In this document: positions 1-8,998 of the stretch, one piece after another
Layout of the letters: each line of letters starts with the position of its first letter
How positions within the stretch are numbered: the stretch's first letter is position 1
IMG/VR virus record: IMGVR_UViG_3300022181_000116
Location: 1 to 27,149 of that record
Reading direction: 5' to 3' (one strand)
Source of the DNA: a virus
Taxonomy: Duplodnaviria > Caudoviricetes
DNA length: 27,149 bases
Notes under the pieces: generated by a model
What the model was told of the DNA's origin: nothing
The model's database searches: none
The model's input: the letters and a program-made list of their open reading frames with translations, nothing else
Translations under genes and position numbers: made by a program

Positions 1-960
1 TTCGATGATATTGGCAATCAATGCAATGTCGTAGCGAAAAGTGAAGTGGACTATGATGAGCAAGCCTATCGCATCACGTTCAAAGACGGAGAAATCATCG
101 AAGCGGGAGAAAATCATGAGTGGTACGGTGAATGGCGGTCAAATAATAAGCTGACCCCCGGTATTGTAACCACCGACTGGCTTTATCGCCGTTCACAGGC
201 ACGTAGTCGCAAAAATTCAATGGACTTTAGGATACCGGTCAATGGACCTATAGATACACCACCTGCCGATTTGCCAATTGCACCATACCTGATGGGATAC
301 TGGCTTGGAAATGGTAACCATAGCAAGCCAGAAATCACGATAATGACACAGGATGTTGATGAGGTGCTGAACAGAGTTCGACCGTACCATGAAATCCAGT
401 CCATATTGCAAAACGTGGGTGACAGTAAGAATGTACGAGTACCCGATCTCAAGAAGGTTCTTCTCTCTTCGTTCCACGACAAAGTGATCCCTCCTGAATA
501 TCTTCGGGCAAGCCGCGAACAGCGGCTTTTATTGTTACAGGGGCTTATGGACTCGGATGGTTGTGTCAGTGACAGAAAGGGGCAGGGAATTTATTGTTCA
601 ACCGAAAAGCCCCTTGCAGAGAGTGTAAGTGAGTTGCTTTGGTCACTCGGCATTAAGAATGCGGTTACCTTTGCCGATTGCACACAACGGTCTGACTGGA
701 CAAAGCGAAGTGTGGAATGCGGTCGAGTGCCGACTGGCGAAATCATGTACACGGTTAAATTTACAGCATTTGATGACATTGAGGTTGCTGGGCTTAAACG
801 AAAACAATGCCGGGCAATCCGACGCAAACCCAATACACGAAGCCACTACCGCTACATCGACAGGATTGAGCCCATCCCCAATCGTGGAATGCAGTGCATT
901 CAGGTAGACAGTGCGTCTCATCAATATTTGGTGGGGCGTTCTTTTTTACCAACGCACAAT
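1..960 (+). mobile_element. Intein with LAGLIDADG homing endonuclease domain, class 3 (WCT) signature, inserted in the terminase Walker A
   Basis: C-terminal splice junction PTHN|S (aat 958-960, agc 961-963); block B AGENHEW; block F MQCIQVD; endonuclease motifs PYLMGYWLGNG and LLQGLMDSDG. N-terminal junction lies outside the window. Confidence 0.93.
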
Positions 961-2322
961 AGCGAACTTGCCGCGGCAATCGCCCTTTACCTTCTGTTTG
1001 CTGATGGTGAGGCCGGAGCCGAGGTTTACTCTTGCGCCGCAGATATCAACCAGGCAAGTATCGTGTTCAACACCGCCAAGGCCATGGTGGAACAATGCAG
1101 TGACTTGCGAAAGCTCAGCAAACTTGTGCCATCCACCAAGCGGATCATCTTTCCTCATATGAACAGCTTCTACCGGGTGTTGTCATCGGAAACGAAGTCC
1201 AAGCAGGGATTCAATGTATCGGGTCTCATCTTTGACGAGTTGTTCGCCCAACAGACCCGCGAGTTATTTGACACAATGACCAAGTACACCGGTGACGCCA
1301 GACGACAACCGCTGAATTTTCTGATCACCACGGCAGGGCGTGACAAGACCTCGATTTGCTATGAAATTCATTGCAAAGCAAAAGCTATTCTGGACGGCTC
1401 GAAGATAGACCCTGCCTTCTACCCTGCTGTTTTCGGAATTGATGAGGAAGATGATTGGCAAGACGAGCGCGTTTGGCGTCGTGTGAATCCATCCATTGGT
1501 GTAACGATACCATTTGAAGCGGTGCAAGCTGCCTTCGAGCAGGCAAAACAGAATCCTGCAGAAGAGATGCATTTTCGGCAGTTTCGCTTGAACGAATGGT
1601 GCAATGCCGATATCCGCTGGATGCCGATGGATAAATGGGACGCCTGTGGTGAGGAACTACAACCCGAGGACTACGAAGGGCGTGAATGCTACTGCGGGCT
1701 GGACTTGTCATCTACTGGCGACTTGACCGCACTCGTTCTGGTGTTTCCACCCACCGCTGGCGACACAAAGTACACAATCCTACCGTTCTTCTGGCTGCCA
1801 GAGGATGTTATTGATCTTCGCACCCGTCGTGACCACGTCCCTTATGCCGTGTGGAAGAAGATGGGGGTATTCCATACCACCGAAGGCAATGTCGTGGATT
1901 ATGACTACATCGTGGCATTCATCGCCAAATTGTCTGAGCGATTCCGAATCCGTGAAATTGCTTATGACCGCTTTGGCGCGGAGAAAATACGTCGTGATCT
2001 TGAGGAACTGGGCGCGGAACATGGATTTGTTGTTTTTCCGTTTGGACAGGGTTTCATCAGCATGTCTCCACCAAGCAAGGATTTGTTTCAGTTTGTGATG
2101 GAAGGCCGAATTCGACACGGCCACCACCCTGTCCTCGATTGGAACATGGCAAACGTCATCATTGATCAGGATGCGGCGGGTAACATCAAGCCAAACAAGA
2201 AGAAATCCACTGAAAAGATTGACGGTGTGGTCGCTCTGGTCATGGGAATCGCGAGAGCCACGATCGGCGGCAACAGAGAATCCGAGAGTATCTATAATCA
2301 GAGGGGGCTGCTCATATTATGA
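1..2322 (+). CDS. terL: Phage terminase large subunit, 5'-truncated by the window, intein-containing
   Basis: Frame is open from base 1 (FDDIGNQCNVVAKSEVD...). After the intein: SELAAAIALYLL (end of Walker A), GLIFDE (Walker B), ITTAG (coupling motif), GLDLSSTGDLTA and KIDGVVAL (RNase H-like nuclease motifs). Confidence 0.97.
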   Translation, partial: FDDIGNQCNVVAKSEVDYDEQAYRITFKDGEIIEAGENHEWYGEWRSNNKLTPGIVTTDWLYRRSQARSRKNSMDFRIPVNGPIDTPPADLPIAPYLMGYWLGNGNHSKPEITIMTQDVDEVLNRVRPYHEIQSILQNVGDSKNVRVPDLKKVLLSSFHDKVIPPEYLRASREQRLLLLQGLMDSDGCVSDRKGQGIYCSTEKPLAESVSELLWSLGIKNAVTFADCTQRSDWTKRSVECGRVPTGEIMYTVKFTAFDDIEVAGLKRKQCRAIRRKPNTRSHYRYIDRIEPIPNRGMQCIQVDSASHQYLVGRSFLPTHNSELAAAIALYLLFADGEAGAEVYSCAADINQASIVFNTAKAMVEQCSDLRKLSKLVPSTKRIIFPHMNSFYRVLSSETKSKQGFNVSGLIFDELFAQQTRELFDTMTKYTGDARRQPLNFLITTAGRDKTSICYEIHCKAKAILDGSKIDPAFYPAVFGIDEEDDWQDERVWRRVNPSIGVTIPFEAVQAAFEQAKQNPAEEMHFRQFRLNEWCNADIRWMPMDKWDACGEELQPEDYEGRECYCGLDLSSTGDLTALVLVFPPTAGDTKYTILPFFWLPEDVIDLRTRRDHVPYAVWKKMGVFHTTEGNVVDYDYIVAFIAKLSERFRIREIAYDRFGAEKIRRDLEELGAEHGFVVFPFGQGFISMSPPSKDLFQFVMEGRIRHGHHPVLDWNMANVIIDQDAAGNIKPNKKKSTEKIDGVVALVMGIARATIGGNRESESIYNQRGLLIL

Positions 2323-2332
2323 ACTCTGTTAG

Positions 2333-2341
2333 TGATAAAAT
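2333..2341 (+). promoter_or_regulatory. Putative extended -10 promoter (TGaTAAAAT) for the orphan gene
   Basis: TG-n-TAAAAT about 50 bp upstream of ATG 2391; no clear -35. Confidence 0.4.
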
Positions 2342-2390
2342 AAGATAGTAAATAAACATCTTCATCACTTTGATCACTTGGAGGGGGAAA

Positions 2391-2798
2391 ATGAATAGAT
2401 TACCAACAGATCGCCAAATATTACTGAAAATATATAAGCAATATTTCAAGACCTTTGAACAATTCAGTAAAGAGAAGGCAGATCGTGATACGAAAATATA
2501 CGTTCCAATCGATATAAAACAGATATCAAAAGAGTTTGGTCTCGACCCGGATATTGTTTTCGGAAGATTGTATTACCATCTTGATAAAAAATATGGTTAT
2601 GAACAATCTGACGGAACAAAAGTATGTCTATTTTCACCTGTTGTTGGCAAAGATCGAAACGCAGTTAATTTTCCACTTGTTTCCGCAATTTTATCGGACA
2701 TGCAAGAAGAAAAGAAGAAATACATGATTTCGATAATTTTGTCAATTATTGCATTGACCGTATCATTTCTTAGTATCCTGACATCTATTATCAAATAA
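2391..2798 (+). CDS. AT-rich hypothetical protein (135 aa) with a C-terminal transmembrane helix; moron
   Basis: RBS GAGGGGG before ATG 2391 (preferred over TTG 2370); visibly more AT-rich than terL and portal; hydrophobic tail YMISIILSIIALTVSFLSIL. Confidence 0.8.
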   Translation: MNRLPTDRQILLKIYKQYFKTFEQFSKEKADRDTKIYVPIDIKQISKEFGLDPDIVFGRLYYHLDKKYGYEQSDGTKVCLFSPVVGKDRNAVNFPLVSAILSDMQEEKKKYMISIILSIIALTVSFLSILTSIIK

Positions 2799-2822
2799 CA
2801 ATGTTTTAAACTCGATTTATGG

Positions 2823-2865
2823 GGGCTGTCTCAAAACGAAAGTTTTGAGGCGGTCCTATTTCTTT
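2823..2865 (+). terminator. Terminator-like hairpin at the IS left end
   Basis: GGGCTGTCTCAAAAC-GAAA-GTTTTGAGGCGGTCC: 15-bp stem with three G-U pairs and a GAAA tetraloop, followed by TATTTCTTT. Confidence 0.6.
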
Positions 2866-2924
2866 GCGCAGAAAAGCAAAAAGCAGGCTCCGAAGAACCC
2901 GCCCCTTGTTGTAGAATTTAAGCT

Positions 2925-4511
2925 GTGAAACATAAACTACACCCCGACTATAGCAAATTCGGGATGGGTAATCAATTGGTTCTACCCATCGAAACGGGTA
3001 TCCTCATTCCAGCGGACGATTCGGTCAGACTGCTCAGCCAGGTGTTGGAGGAGTTGAATTACAGCAAGTTGTACGCGGCGTACTCCCAGTTCGGGAGAAA
3101 TCCAGCGGTCAGCCCGAAGAATCTTTTCAAGGTACTGGTCTACGGATACATGAATAATACCTACACCAGCCGAGGTCTGGAAACGGCCTGTCGGCGGGAT
3201 ATCAACTTCATGTGGTTGCTGCAGGGTCAGCGGGCTCCTGACCACAATACCATCGCCCGATTCCGCAGCGACCGGCTGACCGATGTGGTCGAGGACTTAT
3301 TCCAGCAGTTGGTCCTTCTATTGCACGACCATGAAGAAATCTCGTTCGAGAATCTGTTTGTCGATGGGACCAAGATCGAGGCCTGCGCCAATAAGTACAC
3401 CTTTGTCTGGAAGAAGGCCGTGGACAAGCATGCTGCCAGGCTCCAGGACAAGATAAAGATCACTCTCGAGCGTATTTTCGGCCCGGTATCAACGCCTGAA
3501 TCGATCTCAGTCGAGTATTTGCGGCCGTTTGTCAGGCAATTGCAAGCACAGATGACAGCAGTCGGAATTGTTGCGGTCAGCGGCAAAGGCAAGCATAAAA
3601 CTCAAATCCAGCGGGATGCCGATGAACTGACTGAATATCTCGAGAAACTGGAGCAGTACGACCGCTACAATAGTCTGTTTGACGGGCGCAACAGCTTTTC
3701 CAAGACCGACACCGATGCGACCTTCATGCATATGAAAGAAGACCACATGCGCAATTCTCAGCTCAAGCCAGGCTACAATGTCCAGATCGGCGTCGAGGGC
3801 GAGTACATCGTTGGCGTGGATATTTTCAGCGAACGGACAGACTACGCAACACTGGTGCCATTTCTTGATCGGATGAATCAATACCTGCCACAGCCGTACC
3901 AGAACATCGTCGCCGATGCAGGTTACGAGAGTGAAGAAAATTACGTCTATCTGGCCAAGCAGGGCCAAAATTGCTACATCAAACCACAAAACTACGAACA
4001 AACCAAAACAAGAAAATATCGGCAAGATCTCTATCGAGTCGAGAACATGGTCTATGATCCTGAAAAAGACGTTTTTTCCTGTCCACAGGGACACTCCATC
4101 TTGCCGGTCTTTGAAAAGCGACGCAAGTCGAAGACCGGATATGTTGCCACAACTCAGGTTTATGAATGCTCATCTTGTGATGCCTGCCCTGTCAAGCCCA
4201 AATGTACCAAAGCGGCAGGTAACCGGCGATTACAGGTTGCCAGGACGTTCCAGAAGTATCGTCAGGAAGCATATCAAAACATCACTTCACCGTTTGGCAT
4301 ACTGCTGCGAATGAATCGATCGATCCAAGTTGAGGGCGCGTTTGGTGTACTTAAAGAGGATCATGGTTTCAGAAGATTCCTGATGCGCGGCAAAAAGAAT
4401 GTCCGGACCGAATATTTGTTGCTTAGCCTGGGCTATAACATCAATAAATTACATGCCAAGATCCAGAATGAGCGATGTCAAATGCTGCTTCACCCGTTGG
4501 AAGTGGCCTGA
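2925..4511 (+). CDS. IS1182-family DDE transposase
   Basis: PDHNTIARFR, FVDGTKIEACANKY, SKTDTDATFMHMK, GYNVQIG, ADAGYESEENY, Cys cluster CxxC-x4-C, RSIQVEGAFG. Confidence 0.95.
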   Translation: MKHKLHPDYSKFGMGNQLVLPIETGILIPADDSVRLLSQVLEELNYSKLYAAYSQFGRNPAVSPKNLFKVLVYGYMNNTYTSRGLETACRRDINFMWLLQGQRAPDHNTIARFRSDRLTDVVEDLFQQLVLLLHDHEEISFENLFVDGTKIEACANKYTFVWKKAVDKHAARLQDKIKITLERIFGPVSTPESISVEYLRPFVRQLQAQMTAVGIVAVSGKGKHKTQIQRDADELTEYLEKLEQYDRYNSLFDGRNSFSKTDTDATFMHMKEDHMRNSQLKPGYNVQIGVEGEYIVGVDIFSERTDYATLVPFLDRMNQYLPQPYQNIVADAGYESEENYVYLAKQGQNCYIKPQNYEQTKTRKYRQDLYRVENMVYDPEKDVFSCPQGHSILPVFEKRRKSKTGYVATTQVYECSSCDACPVKPKCTKAAGNRRLQVARTFQKYRQEAYQNITSPFGILLRMNRSIQVEGAFGVLKEDHGFRRFLMRGKKNVRTEYLLLSLGYNINKLHAKIQNERCQMLLHPLEVA

Positions 4512-4723
4512 AAAAAGCTTCGTTATCCACAAAATAGAGCGAAAGCCTGCTTAAATTCGCCCTGAATTGGCTTTGACCCGAAAAAAATCGATTGGTTTTC
4601 CACATTTTAAAGCTGGATGATGTTTTTCGACCGATCGCATAGAAGGCAAAGTTAAAGGGACCGCCTCGCCAGTAGATTTTCATCTACTTTTGAGACAGCC
4701 CCTTTCATTAGAGGTAGGTATTT

Positions 4724-6010
4724 ATGTCAATTCTCGATCGATTCACCAAGGCTCGTGACAAACCGCAAAACTCACTTCTGGGAAACACCTATAGTTTCTT
4801 TTTTGGCAGTACGCCCAGTGGCAAAACTGTCAACGAACGGACTGCCCTTCAAACCACAGCCGTTTATGCCTGTGTCCGAATCCTGTCAGAAACCATTGCC
4901 AGTTTGCCGCTTCATACCTATCGGTACACCGACCGAGGAAAAGACAAAGCCCTGGATCATCCGCTGTACTATCTTCTTCATAGTGAACCCAACCGAGAGA
5001 TGACTTCATTCGTGTTTCGTGAAACGCTGATGAGTCATCTTTTATTATGGGGGAACGCCTACGCGCAGATCATCCGCGATGGACGAGGTCGAGTTTTGTC
5101 GCTATACCCACTGCTGCCGGACAAGATGCTGGTGGATCGGTCAACGACCGGCGATATTACCTACCACTATCAGACCGATCGCGGCATGTACGTGCTCAGA
5201 AGTGATGAGGTGCTGCACATCCCAGGTCTTGGGTTTGATGGCCTGATCGGCTACTCCCCCATTGCCATGGCCAAGAATGCGATCGGAATGGCAATCGCTA
5301 CCGAGGAATATGGCGCAACGTTTTTCGCCAATGGGGCCAATCCTGGCGGTGTTTTGGAACACCCTGGGATTGTCAAAGACCCTAAACGACTCCGTGATAG
5401 CTGGAATGCGGTCTATCAGGGCAGTGGCAATGCACACCGGATTGCCGTTTTGGAAGAAGGCGTCAAATTTTCCCCGATCGGGATCCCTCCTGACCAGGCT
5501 CAGTTTCTGGAAACAAGGAAATTTCAGATCAATGAGATTGCACGTATCTTTCGTGTACCCCCTCATATGTTGGCTGATCTCGAGAAATCAAGTTTTTCGA
5601 ACATCGAACAGCAGTCCTTGGAATTTGTGAAGTACACACTGGACCCCTGGGTCATCCGCTGGGAACAGGCGATTCAGAAAGCTCTATTTCTGCCATCTGA
5701 AAAGCAGCAGTACTTTGTGAAGTTCAATCTGGACGGTCTGCTGCGCGGGGATTATCAGAGCCGAATGTCTGGTTATGCCACTGGTCGCCAGAATGGCTGG
5801 TTATCCAGTAATGATATTCGCGAACTTGAAAATCTCAACGCGATCCCACCGGAGCTGGGTGGCGACCTCTACCTGATCAACGGAAACATGACAAAACTTC
5901 AGGACGCAGGCGCGTTCGCATCAAAGAACATTTCAAAGGAGGAATCAAATCTTGAATCGAAAGTTTTGGAACTGGATCAAGAACGAAAACGGCCGAACCT
6001 TGCACCTTGA
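4724..6010 (+). CDS. Phage portal protein (HK97 family)
   Basis: AVYACVRILSETIASLP, LLLWGNAY, FFANGANPGGVL, QFLETRKFQINEIARIFRVPP; position after terL. Confidence 0.97.
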   Translation: MSILDRFTKARDKPQNSLLGNTYSFFFGSTPSGKTVNERTALQTTAVYACVRILSETIASLPLHTYRYTDRGKDKALDHPLYYLLHSEPNREMTSFVFRETLMSHLLLWGNAYAQIIRDGRGRVLSLYPLLPDKMLVDRSTTGDITYHYQTDRGMYVLRSDEVLHIPGLGFDGLIGYSPIAMAKNAIGMAIATEEYGATFFANGANPGGVLEHPGIVKDPKRLRDSWNAVYQGSGNAHRIAVLEEGVKFSPIGIPPDQAQFLETRKFQINEIARIFRVPPHMLADLEKSSFSNIEQQSLEFVKYTLDPWVIRWEQAIQKALFLPSEKQQYFVKFNLDGLLRGDYQSRMSGYATGRQNGWLSSNDIRELENLNAIPPELGGDLYLINGNMTKLQDAGAFASKNISKEESNLESKVLELDQERKRPNLAP

Positions 6011-6665
6011 AGGTCCCATTGCTGAAGAAAGTTGGTACGGCGATGAGGTCACCCCGAAGCAATTCAAAGCCGAGTTGATGAATGAAATCGGTGATATCAC
6101 CATCTGGATCAATAGCCCGGGCGGCGATGTGTTTGCAGCAGCTCAGATCTACAACATGTTGATGGATTACCCAGGCAAGGTGACGATCAAAATCGATGGA
6201 CTTGCTGCCAGTGCTGCTTCCGTGATCGCCATGGCCGGGGGTGAAGTATTAATGTCGCCGGTAAGCATGCTCATGTGTCATAACCCGATGACGATCGCAT
6301 TCGGCGACACAGTCGAGATGGAAAAGGCAATCACCATGCTCAGCGAAGTCAAGGAATCGATCATCAACGCCTATGAGTTGAAAACGGGCATGTCACGGGC
6401 CAAGATCTCACGCCTTATGGACAACGAGACCTGGATGAACGCCAAAAAAGCTGTTGAGTTGGGTTTTGCAGACGGGATCCTGTTTTCAGATTTCAGCAGC
6501 TCGCTGGAAGGTGAAGGCATCATCTTCAGTAACCTTGCCGTGACCAATTCACTTATGCGAAAGCTACCCCAACGACCCAACCCACCGGATCCTGAACCAC
6601 AAAACCAAATCCCAACCACCACCGTAGAGTCGCTCGAGAAGCGGCTTTTTTTGATTCAGCCTTAA
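5952..6665 (+). CDS. clpP: ClpP-family prohead maturation protease
   Basis: INSPGGDVF, GLAASAAS (catalytic Ser), LMCHNP (His), ETWMNAKKAVELGFAD; TTG start behind AAGGAGG; overlaps the portal end by 59 nt. Confidence 0.93.
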   Translation: MNRKFWNWIKNENGRTLHLEGPIAEESWYGDEVTPKQFKAELMNEIGDITIWINSPGGDVFAAAQIYNMLMDYPGKVTIKIDGLAASAASVIAMAGGEVLMSPVSMLMCHNPMTIAFGDTVEMEKAITMLSEVKESIINAYELKTGMSRAKISRLMDNETWMNAKKAVELGFADGILFSDFSSSLEGEGIIFSNLAVTNSLMRKLPQRPNPPDPEPQNQIPTTTVESLEKRLFLIQP

Positions 6666-6680
6666 GGAGGGCAATTTATT

Positions 6681-7877
6681 ATGAACATGATTTTGGAACT
6701 TCGCGAAAAGAGAGCAAAGGCCTGGGATGCTGCCAAAGCATTTCTCGACAGCAAGCGTGGCACCGACGGCCTGATCAGCGCCGAAGACACCGCCGTCTAC
6801 GACAAGATGGAAGCTGAGGTCGTCAGCCTTGGCAAAGAAATCGATCGTCTGGAACGCCAGCGTGCTTTGGACCTGGAAATGAACCAGCCGGTCAACAGCC
6901 CGATCCGAAACGTCCCGAATGGCACTGGCCAGGATACCAAAACCGGTCGGGCTTCGGATGAGTATCGATCCGCATTCTGGAAAGCCATGCGCAACAAGAC
7001 CCACTTTGATGTCCAAAACGCCCTGCAGATCGGCACCGAAAGCGAGGGAGGCTTTTTAGTACCCAGCGAATTTGAGCGCCAGCTGATCGCTGCACTGGAG
7101 GAGCAGAACATTTTCCGTCAGTTGGCGAATGTGATCACTACCTCGTCCGGCGATCGCAAAATCCCTGTTGTCGCCAGCAAAGGTACTGCCAGCTGGGTCG
7201 ATGAGGAAGGATTGATTCCAGAATCGGACGATGCCTTCACGCAGGTGACGATTGGCGCGTATAAGCTCGCCACCATGATCAAGGTCTCCGAAGAGCTTCT
7301 GAACGACAGTGTCTTCAACCTGGAAAGCTACATCGCCAGGGAGTTTGGCCGCAGGATCGGTGCCAAAGAGGAAGAAGCGTTCTTTATTGGTGACGGTTCT
7401 GGAAAACCGACCGGTATCTTCAACGCCACCGGCGGCGCGACCGTTGGTGTGACATCAGCTTCGGCAACCGCTATCACCACGGATGAACTGATCGATCTGT
7501 ACCATTCCTTGAGAGCGCCATATCGCAAAAACGCGGTGTTTGTCATGAATGATGCCACTGTCAAAGCGATCCGTAAACTCAAGGACGGCAACGGTCAATA
7601 TCTGTGGGATACTTCGCTCAAAACCAATGACCCTGATACTATTCTTGGCATCAAAATAAAAACCGCTGCTTCTGCACCCACGATTGCAGCATCTGCCAAA
7701 GTTATCGCGTTCGGTGATTTCAGCAACTATTGGATCGCAGATCGTCAGGGCCGTTCCTTCCAACGGCTTAACGAACTGTATGCCGCCAATGGCCAGGTCG
7801 GTTTCAGGGCAACCCAGCGGGTCGACGGCAAGCTGATCCTGCCTGAATCGATCCAGGTCCTGCGGATGAAAGCGTGA
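6681..7877 (+). CDS. Major capsid protein (HK97 fold)
   Basis: N-terminal coiled-coil delta domain, EGGFLVP, IRKLKDGNGQYLW, FGDFS, QRVDGKL. Confidence 0.96.
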   Translation: MNMILELREKRAKAWDAAKAFLDSKRGTDGLISAEDTAVYDKMEAEVVSLGKEIDRLERQRALDLEMNQPVNSPIRNVPNGTGQDTKTGRASDEYRSAFWKAMRNKTHFDVQNALQIGTESEGGFLVPSEFERQLIAALEEQNIFRQLANVITTSSGDRKIPVVASKGTASWVDEEGLIPESDDAFTQVTIGAYKLATMIKVSEELLNDSVFNLESYIAREFGRRIGAKEEEAFFIGDGSGKPTGIFNATGGATVGVTSASATAITTDELIDLYHSLRAPYRKNAVFVMNDATVKAIRKLKDGNGQYLWDTSLKTNDPDTILGIKIKTAASAPTIAASAKVIAFGDFSNYWIADRQGRSFQRLNELYAANGQVGFRATQRVDGKLILPESIQVLRMKA

Positions 7878-7888
7878 GGTGACGGAAC

Positions 7889-8101
7889 ATGAGTAATGTC
7901 AAAAACTACACCGAACAGGGCGGCGAAAAAACCGTCATCGGTGGCACTCTGGAGATTGCAGAAGGTGGGCAGGTCCTTGGCCTGTTCACCCCTGCCGCTT
8001 TCCAGGCAGATAGTGTGGCTATAGATGTTCCTGGGCTGGTAACAGATTTCAATGCACTCCTGGCCAAACTCAAAGTCGCTGGATTGATGGCCTCAGAGTA
8101 A
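7889..8101 (+). CDS. Small head-fibre/decoration-like protein
   Basis: KNYTEQGG...DFNALLAKLKVAGLM pattern, directly after the capsid gene, RBS GAGGTG. Confidence 0.65.
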   Translation: MSNVKNYTEQGGEKTVIGGTLEIAEGGQVLGLFTPAAFQADSVAIDVPGLVTDFNALLAKLKVAGLMASE

Positions 8102-8148
8102 TTAATTCTCGATAGCTTTGCTAAAATCAATACAAAGAAACAAGGAAA

Positions 8149-8179
8149 TTGATCTTACCAAGTATCTTTGCTATACTTG
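8149..8179 (+). promoter_or_regulatory. Sigma-A type promoter of the TA operon with an overlapping palindromic operator
   Basis: TTGATC (8149-8154), 17 bp, TG-c-TATACT (-10 at 8172-8177); inverted repeat CAAGTAT (8159-8165) / ATACTTG (8173-8179). Confidence 0.7.
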
Positions 8180-8228
8180 ATATGAAAAGTATTCACATCT
8201 GATATTCAAAGAGACTGGGAGTGATTAA

Positions 8229-8675
8229 ATGCCAGGAGTTGCAAATAGAAAACGGGATATTGGCAGTATAAAGCGCGAGCAATCAACTGCGGTAAGATCA
8301 AGTCAGAAAAAAGGCCTGATCCAATCCTCACATGAAAGCCGGATCATCAACGTATCACAGAAACGGCAGATTACCCTGCCACTAAAGTACTATCAGGCAT
8401 TAGGATTGGGTGATCAGGTTGAATGTTCATTTGAAGATGGTGCAATCATCATCCGCCCTATTTCCAAAGACGGTGGTGAATTTTCGGTTGAAATACTGAA
8501 AGATCTTGTGGCCCAAGGATTATCGGGTGATGAATTGATCGCCAAATTCTCGGAACAGAGCCAAAGGATCAAAACGGCGATTGGCCAGATGCTAAAGGAT
8601 GCAGATGATCTGGCTATTGGCAAGAGTAAGTCGGCAAGTGTTTCAGATATTTTTGGTGATATCGAAGATGTATGA
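8229..8675 (+). CDS. AbrB/MazE/SpoVT-family antitoxin
   Basis: INVSQKRQITLP...LGLGDQVEC...IIIRP swapped-hairpin motif; acidic C-terminus; overlaps the toxin start. Confidence 0.85.
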   Translation: MPGVANRKRDIGSIKREQSTAVRSSQKKGLIQSSHESRIINVSQKRQITLPLKYYQALGLGDQVECSFEDGAIIIRPISKDGGEFSVEILKDLVAQGLSGDELIAKFSEQSQRIKTAIGQMLKDADDLAIGKSKSASVSDIFGDIEDV

Positions 8676-8958
8676 GATCAGATTTTTACCGGCTGCTGAA
8701 AAGTATTTCAAGAAGATCAAAGAGAAGCCGTTGAAAATCGCGTTTCTGAAAGCGATTGAGACCATCCGAGATAATCCGTATTTGGGTGAAATGAAGCGCG
8801 GCGACCTTGCTGGAATTTATGGATTTGACGTAAAGTATTCCGGGGTAAATTATGAGATTGCCTATACCATTTACGAACAAGACAATAAATTGGTCGTCGT
8901 TCTATTAGCTGGCACAAGAGAAAATTTCTACGATCAGTTGAAGCGTTATATCAATTAA
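8668..8958 (+). CDS. RelE/ParE-family toxin (96 aa)
   Basis: Start ATG 8668 (MYEIRFLPAAEKYFKK...NPYLG...GDLAGIY...YEIAY...VVLLAGTRENFY); 8-nt overlap with the antitoxin. Confidence 0.85.
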   Translation: MYEIRFLPAAEKYFKKIKEKPLKIAFLKAIETIRDNPYLGEMKRGDLAGIYGFDVKYSGVNYEIAYTIYEQDNKLVVVLLAGTRENFYDQLKRYIN

Positions 8959-8998
8959 TTTGTAGAAGAAGATTTAGCCAATCATTTTTATTCTAATC

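Larger units (their letters stand above)
2822..4702 (+). mobile_element. IS1182-family insertion sequence
   Basis: Perfect 15-bp terminal inverted repeats GGGGCTGTCTCAAAA (2822-2836) and TTTTGAGACAGCCCC (4688-4702) flanking one transposase gene; no obvious target-site duplication. Confidence 0.92.

Noticed and set aside
4523-4531. Perfect DnaA box TTATCCACA just after the transposase stop
   Set aside because: A single 9-mer is plausible by chance in 27 kb; no cluster.
2815-4710. Target-site duplication of the IS
   Set aside because: Flanks (..TTTATG and TTTCAT..) are not identical direct repeats.
5952-6010. 59-nt portal/ClpP overlap as a fusion or frameshift signal
   Set aside because: ClpP has its own strong SD and TTG start; a portal C-terminal run-on explains the overlap.
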